Source of the DNA: Octopus sinensis
Taxonomy: Eukaryota
Reading direction: 5' to 3'
Length of the DNA: 64,000 nt
Assembly (NCBI RefSeq): GCF_006345805.1
Contig: NC_043021.1
Coordinates: forward strand, 26,474,001 to 26,538,000
In this document: positions 1 to 12,039 of the stretch, piece after piece
Layout: each line of letters starts with the position of its first letter
Numbering within the stretch: the first letter of the stretch is position 1
Translations under genes and position numbers: made by a program
The notes under the pieces: model-generated
Told to the model about the DNA's origin: nothing
Databases searched by the model: none
What the model saw: only the letters and a program-made list of their open reading frames with translations

Positions 1-332
1 TGAATAATAAGGCACTAAAAGAGAATGACTCTCCCCAGGCAACAGAATATGTTTCAACACACGAACTCACATAAAGAATCTTGCAAACCAAATCCAAAAA
101 CGAAATTTGTTTCTTTATTATTTTCAAAATTCATACAAACAAAGGTGATGTGTTTCAACCGAAATATGGTAACAAAAGGGTTAAAGTGATCTTGGACATG
201 GTAGCTGTTTAAAGAATGTGTTATTCAAATTTTGAACATTGTTATGAACTCCTGTAGCAGTGGGGAAATACCCCCAACTGAAAGTATGACTTGTACTAGG
301 GTGGGAAAACTAAATAGGAGATCCTGCTGTGG

Positions 333-620
333 ATGATGATGATGATGATGTTGATGACGATAATGATGACAATGATAATGATGAATGATGATGATGAAGC
401 TGATGGTAAGGACAATGATAATAACAAGGACAATGATGATGATTATGACAATGATAATGATAATGACGATGATGATAACGATGACGATAGTAATAATGAT
501 AATAACGACAAATACAATGACGATGATGATGATGGCAATAATGATAATGATGACGATGATGATGATGATGATGATGATGGTGACATCTCTGACAATGGTA
601 ACGATGATAATGGCAATTGT
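333..620. repeat. Compound trinucleotide microsatellite (GAT/AAT/GAC)n
   Basis: Directly visible. It produces the poly-Met, poly-Asp and poly-Ser pseudo-ORFs at 333-656. Confidence 0.95.
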
Positions 621-1144
621 GACATAAGTTCTAAGGAAAAGTTTCTTGTATTCTAAGTAACTTTACTTTGCATTGTTTGACCTTTTACACAATTTCACAA
701 TCTCACACACACACACACAGAGAAAAAAGAAAATTCTAAAAAACAGCCAGTCTTTTTTTTTTTTAGTTTTTCACTTTTCTCTCTGACGTGTGCATGTGTG
801 TGTGTGTGTGACCCATCTGTTTTTGACCTTTTATATCTGAGAGACATGAAATTAATACAATTTTTTTGTTTGTTTTTAAAATTCTGGGAATCCAAGACTT
901 AACTGGCAGCAACTGTCTCCTGCGACACATCAGTCCTGTATTGCTGGGTGCCGGACAAAAGAGGGCAGCCAGAAAGAGAGAAAGTCAGGAAAGAAAGATT
1001 GAAGTTTCCTTGGTTGAAATAACAGCCCTGATCTTAAAAATTTGGTTTACCCTTACCCCACATAGCATAATGAATTGGAGCAGTTCGCCTTTAGAGCCTA
1101 GCTTTTCTACAGTTGTCCTGGACAGTTTATAAACTTCAGTACTA

Positions 1145-2033
1145 TATGAGGTGGTGTCAAAAAAGTTCCTGGATGAGTTATGCTCAATAAAAAATAACTT
1201 ATTTACCTAAGTTTTAACATCATTTCCTTTGGAATAGTCATCTTGCACAGCAATACTCTGGTCCCAGTGTTCCTGCCACTTTTGGAACCTGGTGTGAAAG
1301 TTGTTTTCTGTAAATGACTCAAAGACCTTCTGTGATTCATTCCTGATCTCAACAACGGTACTAAAGCTGACCACTGAGCTGCATTTTTATCTTGAGGAAG
1401 AGATGGAAGTCCACAGGTGCTAAATCTGGCAAATAAGGGTGGCTGCAGAAGCAATACCCTATTGTTTTTGGTGAGAAACTCACGAGTGAGGAGAGCTCCG
1501 TGATAGGGTCTGTTGTTGTTGTGAAGAATCTAATTCTTTGTGCTCCACAGATTCAGTCGTTTTCTCTGAATGTCTTTCCTCGATTGCTTCAAAATGTCAC
1601 AGTAGAACTCTTGATTGATGGTCTGGCCCTGGGGGATGATTCTTGATGCACAATACCATTGATACCGAAAGAGCGATGAGCATGCTCTTGGTTGAGCTGT
1701 GACTCTGTTGTGCATCCGTGCCACTCGAAATATTGCACATGACCCATTACCTTGTCACTGTAAGCTTGCTCAATGTCTCTGCAGCAGGCATCCCAAGTTT
1801 AATGCAAAATTTCATGTTGGCTTTTTGTTCCTGTCCATGACTAAATTGCAGACTACAACATACCTGTGATCACAAAAACACAAATTTCACCACCTGCAAA
1901 GTAAACACAGCAACGTCACCCAACACACGGCTTCATGAAGGTCACTGCTGGCTCCCACTGCATACACAACCATGTGCTGCCATCTGTTGGTGTGCTGCAG
2001 AACTAGTCTGGGAGGTTTTGATACCACCTCATA
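1145..2033 (-). mobile_element. Internally deleted, decayed mariner (Tc1/mariner) DNA transposon
   Basis: Inverted termini TATGAGGTGGTGTCAAAAAAG (from 1145, preceded by TA) and GTTTTGATACCACCTCATA (to 2033). Minus-strand remnants IPQGQTINQEFYCDILKQ and HPPYLPDLAPVDFHLF match the mariner catalytic domain and YSPDLAP motif. Confidence 0.88.
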
Positions 2034-2075
2034 CTATACTGCAGAATATTTCTACAGAATATTTCTACAGAACTG

Positions 2076-2340
2076 GCACCTGTGCTAGTGGCACGTGTAA
2101 AAAGATTTGAGTGAGGTCGTTGCCAGTACCGCCTGACTTGCCCCCGTGCCGGTGGCACGTAATAAGCACCCACTACACTCTCGGAGTGGTTGGCATTAGG
2201 AAGGGCATCTAGCTGTAGAAACTCTGCCAAATCGAGATTGGAGCCTGGTGCAGCCATCTGGTTCGCCAGCCCTCAGCCAAAATCGTCCAACCCATGCTAG
2301 CATGGAAAGCGGACATTAAACGATGATGATGATGATGATG
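2076..2340 (+). mobile_element. RTE LINE 3'-end fragment (tail family B)
   Basis: Matches the 3'UTR of the RTE at 39440-39780: GGCATTAGGAAGGGCATC...GGACATTAAACGATGATGATG with a (GAT)n tail. Confidence 0.8.
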
Positions 2341-2349
2341 AACCTGACC

Positions 2350-3165
2350 ACTCTCAAAAATTAAGAGAAAAAACTGGAAAAATAATCCAGAATCCTTGTG
2401 AATCCCAGTGGTAGTCATGGAATGTGAATGTGGGTGTGCAGGCCGTGTTTGTAACACTTTGTGTGTCGTCTGCACGAAGGCCTTTTTTAGTCTATCCACT
2501 GATATAGTGTCTTTATGACCACTAAGGTCTATAGTGAAACATTTATCCGTGTGTGAAAGAAATGGAAAGAACTTGCATACGTTGCTGTTTACGGAGGTTG
2601 AACAACATCGTTGCGCACAAGAATGTGAGTCCAAGAAGTAAAGCTTCCTTCAAGGCACAGCTAGAAATGCAATTGTCAAGTAGGAAGGAGGCTTTAAACA
2701 GGAGCGATATATTCAAAATTGGTAAAACTAAAAATTGTCGAGGATAAATTAAATTTATTATTGTTACTGAATATGTTAGTGTTTTTCAATTTCTTTACGG
2801 TTTTGCTGCCGTTTCTTTGTGTAGTTTGATTTGTTTATCCATCAGTTTCTACTAAGATAGTGACGCCAGTAAAATTAATAATAGAGAAACGAAAATAAAA
2901 CTTTGGAAACAGCAACACCACCATAACTTACGTGGAAACTATAAGCGTGCTTTCAAGTAAAGTAAGTATAACAAATTCTAGAATCCTTGTCTGGAACTGG
3001 ATCGATCCCAAAATCTAATCAATTCGTGCCAGTCATGAAGCCAAACATCCCCGAAAGTTTCATCCAAGTCCATCCAGCGGTTCTTGAGATATCTTGTCCA
3101 TGGATGAACAAACAAATGTGACTGAAAACAATACCTCCACCTTCGCTAAGGCGAAGGTAATAATG
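2350..3165 (+). mobile_element. Non-autonomous Helentron/HINE-like element split by an insertion
   Basis: 2350-2399 plus 2980-3165 align with an uninterrupted copy at 47550-47770. It ends in a perfect stem-loop ACCTTCGC-TAAG-GCGAAGGT (3139-3158) followed by AATAAT. The class assignment is inference from the subterminal hairpin. Confidence 0.5.
2400..2720 (-). pseudogene. Gypsy/Ty3 LTR-retrotransposon integrase C-terminal remnant
   Basis: Frameshifted minus-strand peptides THILVRNDVVQPP* and FPFLSHTDKCFTIDLSGHKDTISVDRLKKAFV resemble the Gypsy integrase C-terminus (HVFVRxDxV...Y.GPF.VL.R.DK.FTI...G..DTVSIDRLKPAF). Confidence 0.65.
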
Positions 3166-4334
3166 AACTTATTGTTTACAGTGCTTAGGTACACTACAAA
3201 TCATCAAAAAAAAAAAAAAAACTAGTCAAAAGAAGCTCTACCTTAAGTATTTGAGTACTATTTTCTCCCTTGTGTTTTGCACCAATGTGCTTGCTTTTAT
3301 GTGTGTATGGGGGGTGCATCATCATCATCATCATCATCATTGTTTAGCATCTGCTTTCAATGCTGGCATGAGTTGGACAGTTTAATTGGAGCTGTCCAGA
3401 CTCCAGTTATCTGTCGAGGCATGGTTGCTATGGCTGGATGCTCTGTCCTAACACCAACCACTCTACAGAGTGTATTGGGTGCTTTTTATGTGCTATTGGT
3501 GCCTATCTTCATGAAGCAGATCAGAATATTCTAGTTCTCTAAAGTACATCCATAAATGTTACGATTCATATGAGAGTTGAAAACACTGGAGAATATTTAT
3601 TGCCAAGTAATTACATATTAAAACAGAAACTGGAAAACGCTATCATTTATTGTCCTACATGGTCCTTCACCAATAGGAGCTACATGGGAATACATGTAGA
3701 AAGACACGTTCTGACATTTTGGTGTCAATAAAAATGTGGTTGCCCTTACAGAGAAGCTTGTCCCCTGCAACCCTTTCAGCTGAGTATCCCTAATCTTGCA
3801 GACTTGGAGGTGCTGGTGCCATGTAAAAAGCACCTTTGCCAGTAGGGCATGAAAGCACCCAGCAGACACCCTGAAAGTGGTTGGTGTTAGGAAGGGTGAC
3901 CCAGCCGTAGAAACCATGCCAAAACAGACAGGGAGCCTGAACAGCCCTTCAGCTGGTTGGCTTCTGTCAAACTGTCCAACCCATAGAAAACAGATGTTAA
4001 ATGATGTTGATGATGATGATGATGGGCTGATAAAAACTTTTCAATAGATGCAGCTGTGGCTGTGTGGGTAAGAAGTTTGCTTTCCAACCATATTGTCTTG
4101 AGTTCAGTCCCACAGCAGAGCACCTTAGGTATGTGCCTTCTACCAAAGCTTTGTGAGTGGATTTAAAATATGGAAACTAAAAGAAGCCTATCACCCCTCT
4201 CCCCACACAATTAACAAGAAGAGTGGAGTGAGCAAATTGTTTTATTACATGACTTTACAACTGTTTCACTGTCATTCAAACTGAAGAATAATTACTAGAT
4301 TATTGTTTTGTACATAAGGCAGAGACTTTAGCAT

Positions 4335-4525
4335 GGTGGGTGAAATGCTAAGCAATATTTCATCTGTCTTTACGTTCTGAGTTCAAATTCCACTGAGGTC
4401 GACTTTGCCTTTCATCTTTTCGGGGTCGGTAAATTAAGTACCAGTTGCATACTAGGGTCGATCTAATCGACTGCCCCCCTCCCCCAATTTTTTCGGGCCT
4501 TGTGCCTAGAGTAGAAAGGAATATT
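4335..4525 (+). mobile_element. tRNA-derived SINE, family A
   Basis: Core GTTCAAATTCC.CTGAGGTCGACTTTGCCTTTCATC...GGGGTCGGTAAATTAAGTACCAG shared with many copies: ~6000-6200, 8650-8800, 18230-18830 (cluster), 23560-23950, 28524-28754, 32466-32695, 35530-35750, 56240-56400. Confidence 0.8.
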
Positions 4526-4650
4526 GTTTTGTACTTGCAGCTATACACTCAAAGTGCATCATTGTATCGACACAATCAAACAGCTGCTCATTAGAACCCT
4601 GTATATAAATGCGTTGCTAATATATATACAAGTATATAATCTACGTGAGT

Positions 4651-5110
4651 GAAGGCGCGTGGCTCAGTGGTTAGCGCATTCGGATCACGATTGTAAGGTC
4701 GTAAGTTTAATTCCTGGCGACACGATGTGTCCTTGAGCAAGACACTTTATTTCACGTCGCTTCAGTCCACTCAGTCCACTGTGTCACGCTGGATCTCCTT
4801 GAGAACTACATTAAGGGTACACGTGTCTGTGGAGTTCTCAGCCACTTGCGGGTTAATTTCACGAGCAAGCTGTTCCGTTGATCGTAACCGACGGAGTGCT
4901 CCTGTATCTTTGTGTGAATGCGCCTGTGTTTGTCCCCTCCTACCACTTGACAACCGGTGTTGGTTTGTTTATGTCTCCGTAACTTAATGGTTTGGCATTA
5001 GAGATTGGTAGAATAAGTACCAGACTTTTTTTTTTTAAAGTGCTGGGGTCGATTTATTTGACTAAACCCTGCAAGGCGGTGTCCCGGCGTGGTTACAGTT
5101 CAATGATTAG
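4651..5110 (+). mobile_element. tRNA-derived SINE with family D head and family C tail
   Basis: Head GAAGGCGCGTGGCTCAGTGGTTAG (box A) with CORE-like GTGTCCTTGAGCAAGACACTT. The 3' half matches the family C tail (TTGACAACCGG...GATAGAATAAGTAC...GGGGTCGATTT). Confidence 0.75.
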
Positions 5111-5399
5111 CTTATGCAAAATGGTAAATAACTGTAGTTTAGCCCCAGGTGAACTATTTTGAGTAGACTTAAGAAAGCCTTCCAGCCACGAACATTTCAT
5201 CTTATTTTTAGACAGTTATCTGAGTTTATTATGAAAATAGTGTCCTTCCTTTTTTTAAAAAATAGGTGTAATTTCATGGTAATTTGGCTGCTCTTTCTAG
5301 CAGGTCGCACAACTACGTAGTCAGGCACCAGTCAGTAAAAGTTTGTTTTGACTGAGTGTTGGGCGAGAGAATAAAAGTAGGAAGGTTTTCAATATTCCC

Positions 5400-5909
5400 C
5401 TAAAACTGTTAATCTGGGAATAGGAGTTTCTTTTAACCAACTATTCGCGGCCGCTAAAAATGAATAAAAGTGTAATAAAAAACTCATGAAAAGGGGGAAA
5501 AAGAAAAAGTTTTAATGAAAATATCGTTGAATGTAGTATCAGTATGTGAGAAGGAAAACAAAAAACACAATAGAGAATAGCTGAAAACGTGTGCATTTCG
5601 TTATTCTGGGTGTTCAGTTTAATATCGAGGCGAAAAGAATAAAGGAATATCCGAACAATAAACGACCACTATTCATAAATTCTTCCCAAGTTATTTTCTG
5701 TTTTGCTTTTTCTGTTTTGTGTCTCCGAAAGAAAACTTTATAAAAAAGAATTCCTGACACAACAAACATCGCCAAAAGAAGCAATCCAGCGGCGACAAGC
5801 GACTGGGAAACACCAAAACAACGATTGGAATAATACAGACATCGACTTGGGTGGGACAAGAGATCTAATTCCGCCTTGGGTCCCAAACACACCCGGGGAC
5901 ACCTCAAAG
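5400..5909 (+). promoter_or_regulatory. Putative promoter / non-coding first exon of an unidentified gene, with splice donor at 5910
   Basis: Non-repetitive, CpG-retaining block (e.g. CGCGGCCGC near 5446) ending in a strong donor CAAAG|GTAAGA. No in-frame ATG ORF was seen. The exon start is not determinable. Confidence 0.5.
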
Positions 5910-7625
5910 GTAAGACCTTCGATAATATTACACGATTATTTCAGCAATGTTGTTATTATTATTATTATTATATTATTATTATTATCATCTCTGAAGCAGT
6001 GAGATGTCAGAATCTTTGACACGCCGGACAAAATGCTTAGCGGCATTTCATCCGGCTTTTATGTTCTGAGTTCAAATTCTGTCGAGGTCGACTTTGTCTT
6101 TCATCGTTTCAGGGTCATTAAAATAAGTACCAGTTGCGTACTGGGGGAGGGATCGGTGTCATCGACTTACCCCCTCGCCCCAAGAATTCTTCTTTATTTC
6201 ATTTATATGAATAAAATCCAAAATGAAGAGAAATCTTTGCGATTCTAATCAGAGGAACCGAACCAAGAATTTCAATCGGGAAAGTCGTGAAAAGTTAAAA
6301 GCTTTATTGATTTGTTTTAAATAAAAGTCACAAAATAGTTTTGAGAAGAGTTTGGTCGATACTCGGACTAAATACTTTTCTTTTATCGACCCACGAATAA
6401 GGAAAGGCTCAGTTGACCTCGGCAGGATTTGAACTTTGAACGTAAAAACTTAAAGCATTTTCGATTGCATCTTTCTTTTTGTCTGTGATTGATGAAAATC
6501 CCCTTCGCTCCTGGAACCTTAAAATATATCAGTAATCTTCACTTGGCAAACCTATACAAGTGTCGCCTCTTCGATTTTGTTTCCTCAGAACTTTCAGAAA
6601 AATGTTTTGTCTTTTTAAAGAAATAGTCATGAGAAAACAACTTTCCTTTTGGGGGTAGAATTGTGTAGGTATGTCCTAAACTTTTGTCATGTCTGTCTCA
6701 AAATAAGAGTACCAAGCTAAAGCGAGCCCCGTCTCGGGTACCTTGTGCTCGGGTACCTTGTGTCCTAATTTCAAACTGGCCTTTTAATATATAATTATGT
6801 TGTCGGTTAATTCCCTAATTTAAACAGAAAAAAAAATTGGGTGATTGTTTTCGTTTATATTTATAGATTTATTTAAGAATTTTAACCTTGTTTATTGAAT
6901 TTTAAAGCGAACACAGACAGTAATTTATTGTGAATTTATCAAAGATTTAAGTTTAGAAGTTGAGTCGAGCTGTGGCAAAATGGTAATGAAGTATCGAATT
7001 AATTAGTGTTATGTTAAGGTTTTCTTCTTAAATATCAAATAATGAAGTTAAAATAATTAAATGAAAAAAAAAAATACTGATCACCCAAATTAATAAAGAA
7101 ATAAATAAAATAGCGAAATTCCAGCCCCTTGGAACGAATTGAGGAGGGTAAAGGCGAATGCTGTCCATATCGTCTCTGATTCGGAAATCATTCATTCGCA
7201 AGAATTATAAAAATAATTTATGACATAAACACTTGGTCAAATGATTTTAAAAGATTCAACTAATTTATTATATTAAACACTCCTTGGCCGACTTTCAGAA
7301 TAGCTCATGTCCCACATAAGTTCGGATTTCCCCGCTCTGGCTGGCATTTTTCAAATTTCTTCTTTTGCATCCGCATTTCTAATCAATGGGGTTAAATTCT
7401 TTTCATAAAAACAAAATTTAAATCCATCATTTTTCAACGTCTGACTTTTTTTTAAAATTCTTTATCTTGGAAGGATAAACTGCAAAGTTACTGTTGACGG
7501 GGATTTCATCTCGGAACCTAATTAATTAAAGTATTTAACGAGAATAATGTCAGAGATTAGCTGAAGGGCCACACATTTGGTCCCCCCACAAATAAAGTGT
7601 TCCTTACACAAGTCCCCCCCACCGT

Positions 7626-7953
7626 CCGATTTTGTTTCCTCATAACTTTCAGAAAAACGGGTATTTTTAAAAGAAATTTCCCACAAATACCTTTCAGATA
7701 CAACTATAACGGAATTTACGATAAAAGGGAAATAAAATAAAAAGGTGGTCGCACACACATCACATATTCATTACAAATTAAATTTTGGAAACAATAGTGA
7801 TGTGTTAATATGTGTAATCACCAATATTTTATTATTATTATTTTCATATTAAATTCCGATATAATTCGAATCTATACCGTCTGAAAGGTATTTGTAGAAA
7901 ATTTCATATAAAAATTATTCATTTTCCTAAAAGTTATGAGGAAACAAAATCGG
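7626..7953. mobile_element. Foldback/MITE element with ~75-bp imperfect inverted arms
   Basis: CCGATTTTGTTTCCTCATAACTTT...AAATACCTTTCAGA at 7626-7697 is mirrored at 7881-7953. Related arms occur at ~6570, ~8075, ~8420 and ~58775. Confidence 0.7.
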
Positions 7954-10878
7954 GCGCGGGACACACTTGTGTTGGTTGCTAATGTGTGTCCTACTTCACT
8001 TTAATTGATTCCGGAAGGACGAAAGCCATAGGTTGACCTTGCAAAGAAGGCATAACTACAGTTTGGTGCCCCAATTTCAAATTTTGTTTCTTCATAACTT
8101 TCTGAAAAAGTATATTTTTTAACGAAATTTTGATGCGATAAATTTTCAAGGGTCTTGATTAAATATTATGTTGATAATATTAAACATTTTCCGTGAGTGT
8201 AATGTTGATGTTTTATACAAATCAATCTGGAAAAACAGTGGAAATTACTGAAGTTACAAAAGTTGAATGATAGGTGGGATAAATGAGGCGGCGAGAACGA
8301 TGCGGAACTCGTTCAAAAAATTCCTTTCTTCTTAGTTTTTCTAAATTTTATCAACGTAAATGTAATGTAGACTGTCGAAAAGTTATCTCTGCAAAGTTTC
8401 ATTGAAAAATACCAAATTTTTTAAAGAAAATTACGAGGAAACGTAGTCGTTGAGCACTCGTCAGGTTCTTGTAACGAAAGATCGCCCCAACAACAATGTC
8501 TAAGTTTGGCAGACGACCCCAGACTTGGCTCGACCCCAATCCTACTTTGTTTTATCGATTCTAAAAGGAAATTAAGTTGACCTTGCAAGGGATAGGTCCA
8601 ACGTTCTGCTACTTCCTCCGTTGTTAATAATAATAATAATAATGATAATAATAATGGTTTCAAATTTTGGCACAAGGCCAACAATTTCGGAGTGGAGGTT
8701 GGGGGGGGGGCAGGTCGATTTACATCGATCCGAGTGTTCAATTGGTATTTATTTTATCGACTCCGAAAAGATGAAAGGCAAAGTCAGCGTCGGTAGAATT
8801 TGAACTGTGGTTTCTTTTAATTGCCTCAGACATAGGTGAGGGGACATCACAAGGGTAGTCTACAATTTATGTGGGGGCTACATTAAAAATGAAGGGCAGA
8901 AAGGGGGAAAGCGGTGAAATGAGACAGAAGTATATGTATATGAGAAGTATATGAGACAAAGTATGTGAACAGATGAATGATTTGGGTAGAACTCCAATTA
9001 GGACCAATGAGGGAATCCCAATTAAAAAGGTTCCTAATTTAGAGAGAAGGCTAAAGAGGGGGGGGGACTAGTCGGTACCATCGACCTAACACTAGATTGG
9101 CACTTTATTTTATCGATCGCAGAGGAGTAAAAGGCAAAGTTGATCTCGGTGGGACTCGAACTCAGAATGTAAAGAATCGGGAGAAATGTTGTGAAGTATT
9201 TTCCTGACGCCAATAATAAAATAAAAACGAATAAAGTTGTCGAATGTGTTGGTAAACAATGACCCCTCCCTTGGTACAAAACGGAAGGGACCACTTCGAA
9301 ACGATATGCTTCGTTCCTTTAATTGACAAAAATAAATTAGTTTACAGAAGTGACTTGTATGATTAATTAAACCGAGTTAATTAGCGTTTTATTGTATATT
9401 TTATAGACATAAAAACAGCTCACTTGAGAGTTTTTGTAAACATTCGGGGATTCCAGTCCTATAGAATAAATAATAATTTGTGACTTAACGAGGGAACCTG
9501 TTAATTATAAACACTAATTAGACTTAATTAGCGTTTTATTGTATATTTTATAAATAATAAACACCGTACTTTCGATGTTTTGTAGACTTTTAGGGAACAC
9601 AGTCATCTGTTTTGCAAAGAAGGTCGTTAATGTAGAGACTGGACAAGTTTACCAAAGAAAGATGTTTTGGTTTTGATGTCTAAAAACTATCATCCACATT
9701 TCTATAAACAACACAGAGTTGTGAATTGTAAGGCGCAGGAGACTTTGCAAGATTAACATGATTTTCTTTCCTCTTATTTAACGAAAATAGGTGATTGATG
9801 ACTAAAAACTTATTGTCAGTCACGATTAAAGAATATAAAGAAATAAGAGTAAATGAGAGATGACAACTTCTCATCCTTCATATCACGTCTCCTGTCCTCC
9901 ATAAAGCTATCTTTAACAGCAGATCAGTTGTGTCAAAGACATTCCAACTGTGACCATTCCGGAGGACTTCCGGAAAATTCATACGATTGAAGGAAACAAT
10001 CGGATCGTGTGAATTTTTCGAAAGTCCTCTCCCCACCCCGTTCATTTGCGCAAATTTTTGTTTTCGTATTCGTTTTCTACACATTTTTTACATCTATTAC
10101 ACTTCTCTTTTGTTTTCGTGACCGGGACTTAAACTATATATCAACCGTATAGGCCATATATCATCATCATCATCATTTAACGCATTTTCCAGCCAATCTC
10201 CATTGTCTGCTTTGGCGTTGTTTCTGCAGCTGGGTGCCCTTCCTAACACCAACCACTTCACTGAGTAGACCAGTAAGGCCATCTCTCTTTCTATATGTGT
10301 GTCTTTCTCCCTGTCTCTATGTGTCTATCATCATTACCATCATTTAACATCTGCCTTCCATGCTGGTGTGGGTTGGACAGTTTGAGTTGGCCAAGCAGGA
10401 GCCTGCATCACACTTCTGTGTCTGTTGTGGCAGGGCTTTTACAGGTAGACACCCTTCTTAACATCAATCACCTGGCAAAGTGGACTAAGTGCTTTTTATG
10501 TGGTACAAGCACAAGCAAGATCAGTTTTAGCATGGTTTTTACAACTGGATGCCCTTCCAAACGACCACCACTCTACACTGTGGATTGGATGCTTTTTACA
10601 TGGTATCAGCACTATATATATATATGTGTGTGTGTATATATATATATATATAATATATATATATATATTCTTTTCTTCTTGTTTCAGTCATTTGATTGTG
10701 GCCATGCTGGAGCACCACTTTTAGTTGAACAAAGTGACTCCAGGACTTATTCTTTGTAAGCCTAGCACTTATTCTGTCGGTCTCTTTTGACGAACTGCTT
10801 AAGTTACAGGGATGTAAGTACACCAACATCGGTTGTCAGGTGATGTTGAGGGGACAAATACAGACACACAAATGCATG

Positions 10879-10921
<43 letters not shown>

Positions 10922-10976
10922 CACACACACACACACAACACACACACACACATACATACATGTGTATGTGTGTGTG

Positions 10977-11903
10977 TATAAATTAGAGAAGAACCACCAT
11001 GAAGCAATTCAACAATGATATACTTAAAATATAGAAAAAAATTAAAGATACGATAAAACATTTACCTAAAACTAAATAAAGTACTAAAGAATAAATAGTA
11101 TATACTTAGTAAATAAAGTACTATTTTTAATTCTTGTAGTTATAGTTTGTAGTAGTATTATGTATATAAATTAGCATATATCACATAATTAGTATATATC
11201 ACATAATTAGAATAAGATTAAACTTAGATGTTTAGTAAATGAATACATAAATAAATAAGTTAATGGATATAGATTAAATTATAGTAATTTAGCTTCACTT
11301 AATGTATATCATGTATTTTAAATATTTTGTTTTAATTACTTGTACTTTAATTTTTTAATAATAATATACTAAAATTTGTTATTTTCTTCTATAAGCTAAG
11401 ATATATTTTCATAGATAAAATATATATTTGTATCTGTTTATTCTATTTTTATTTACACCACGTTTTTAACGAGATAAATTTATTATGAACACTTAATCCT
11501 ATGTATTAAGTTTAAAGATTTAGTTAACAGAATATATTCAATAAGATAAGTCATGTTTTTATTTTAAGATATGTTGTTGAATTTTGTTCAATTTTTTTAA
11601 TTGTAAAATTACATTTTTTATATATATTTATCTTTTCTTATAAGATAAAATAAGTACATTTATTTATTTTATTGTTTTTATCTTAGACCTGATGAGTGAC
11701 TATTTAAATTGAATTAATTATATTGTTATCAATTTGAAAATATAGCCACAAAACATGTGTACTTTATTTACTAAGTATATACTATTTATTCTTTAGTACT
11801 TTATTTAGTTTTAGGTAAATGTTTTATCATATCTTTAATTTTTTTCTATATTTTAAGTATATCATTGTTGAATTGCTTCATGGTGGTTCTTCTCTAATTT
11901 ATA
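10977..11903 (+). mobile_element. Penelope-like non-autonomous unit: 145-bp inverted repeats around an extremely AT-rich core
   Basis: 10977-11121 is nearly the exact reverse complement of 11759-11903. A hammerhead-like motif lies immediately inside the right arm, and a diverged copy of the arm end is at ~53765-53820. The Penelope assignment is inference from the inverted pLTR plus hammerhead architecture. Confidence 0.6.
11684..11766 (+). ncRNA. Degenerate type I hammerhead ribozyme motif
   Basis: CTGATGA (11689-11695), stem II GTGACTAT/ATAGCCAC with an extended hairpin, AAAA in place of GAAA (11750, CpG context), then AC-ATGT-GT-A (minimal stem III, GUA triplet 11759-11761). Stem I is imperfect. 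Confidence 0.55.
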
Positions 11904-12007
11904 TACATATATACATACATATATATTGTGAAATTTAATTTAGTATTACTGAATTGAATTTTTCCCTGTAAGTTTGGAATCATATTCCCTAATATCATTA
12001 TATATAT

Positions 12008-12039
<32 letters not shown>

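Noticed and set aside
333-656. Long poly-Met/Asp/Ser ORFs
   Set aside because: Translations of trinucleotide microsatellites. The same applies to the (HT)n, (YI)n, (CV)n and (ER)n ORFs throughout the window.
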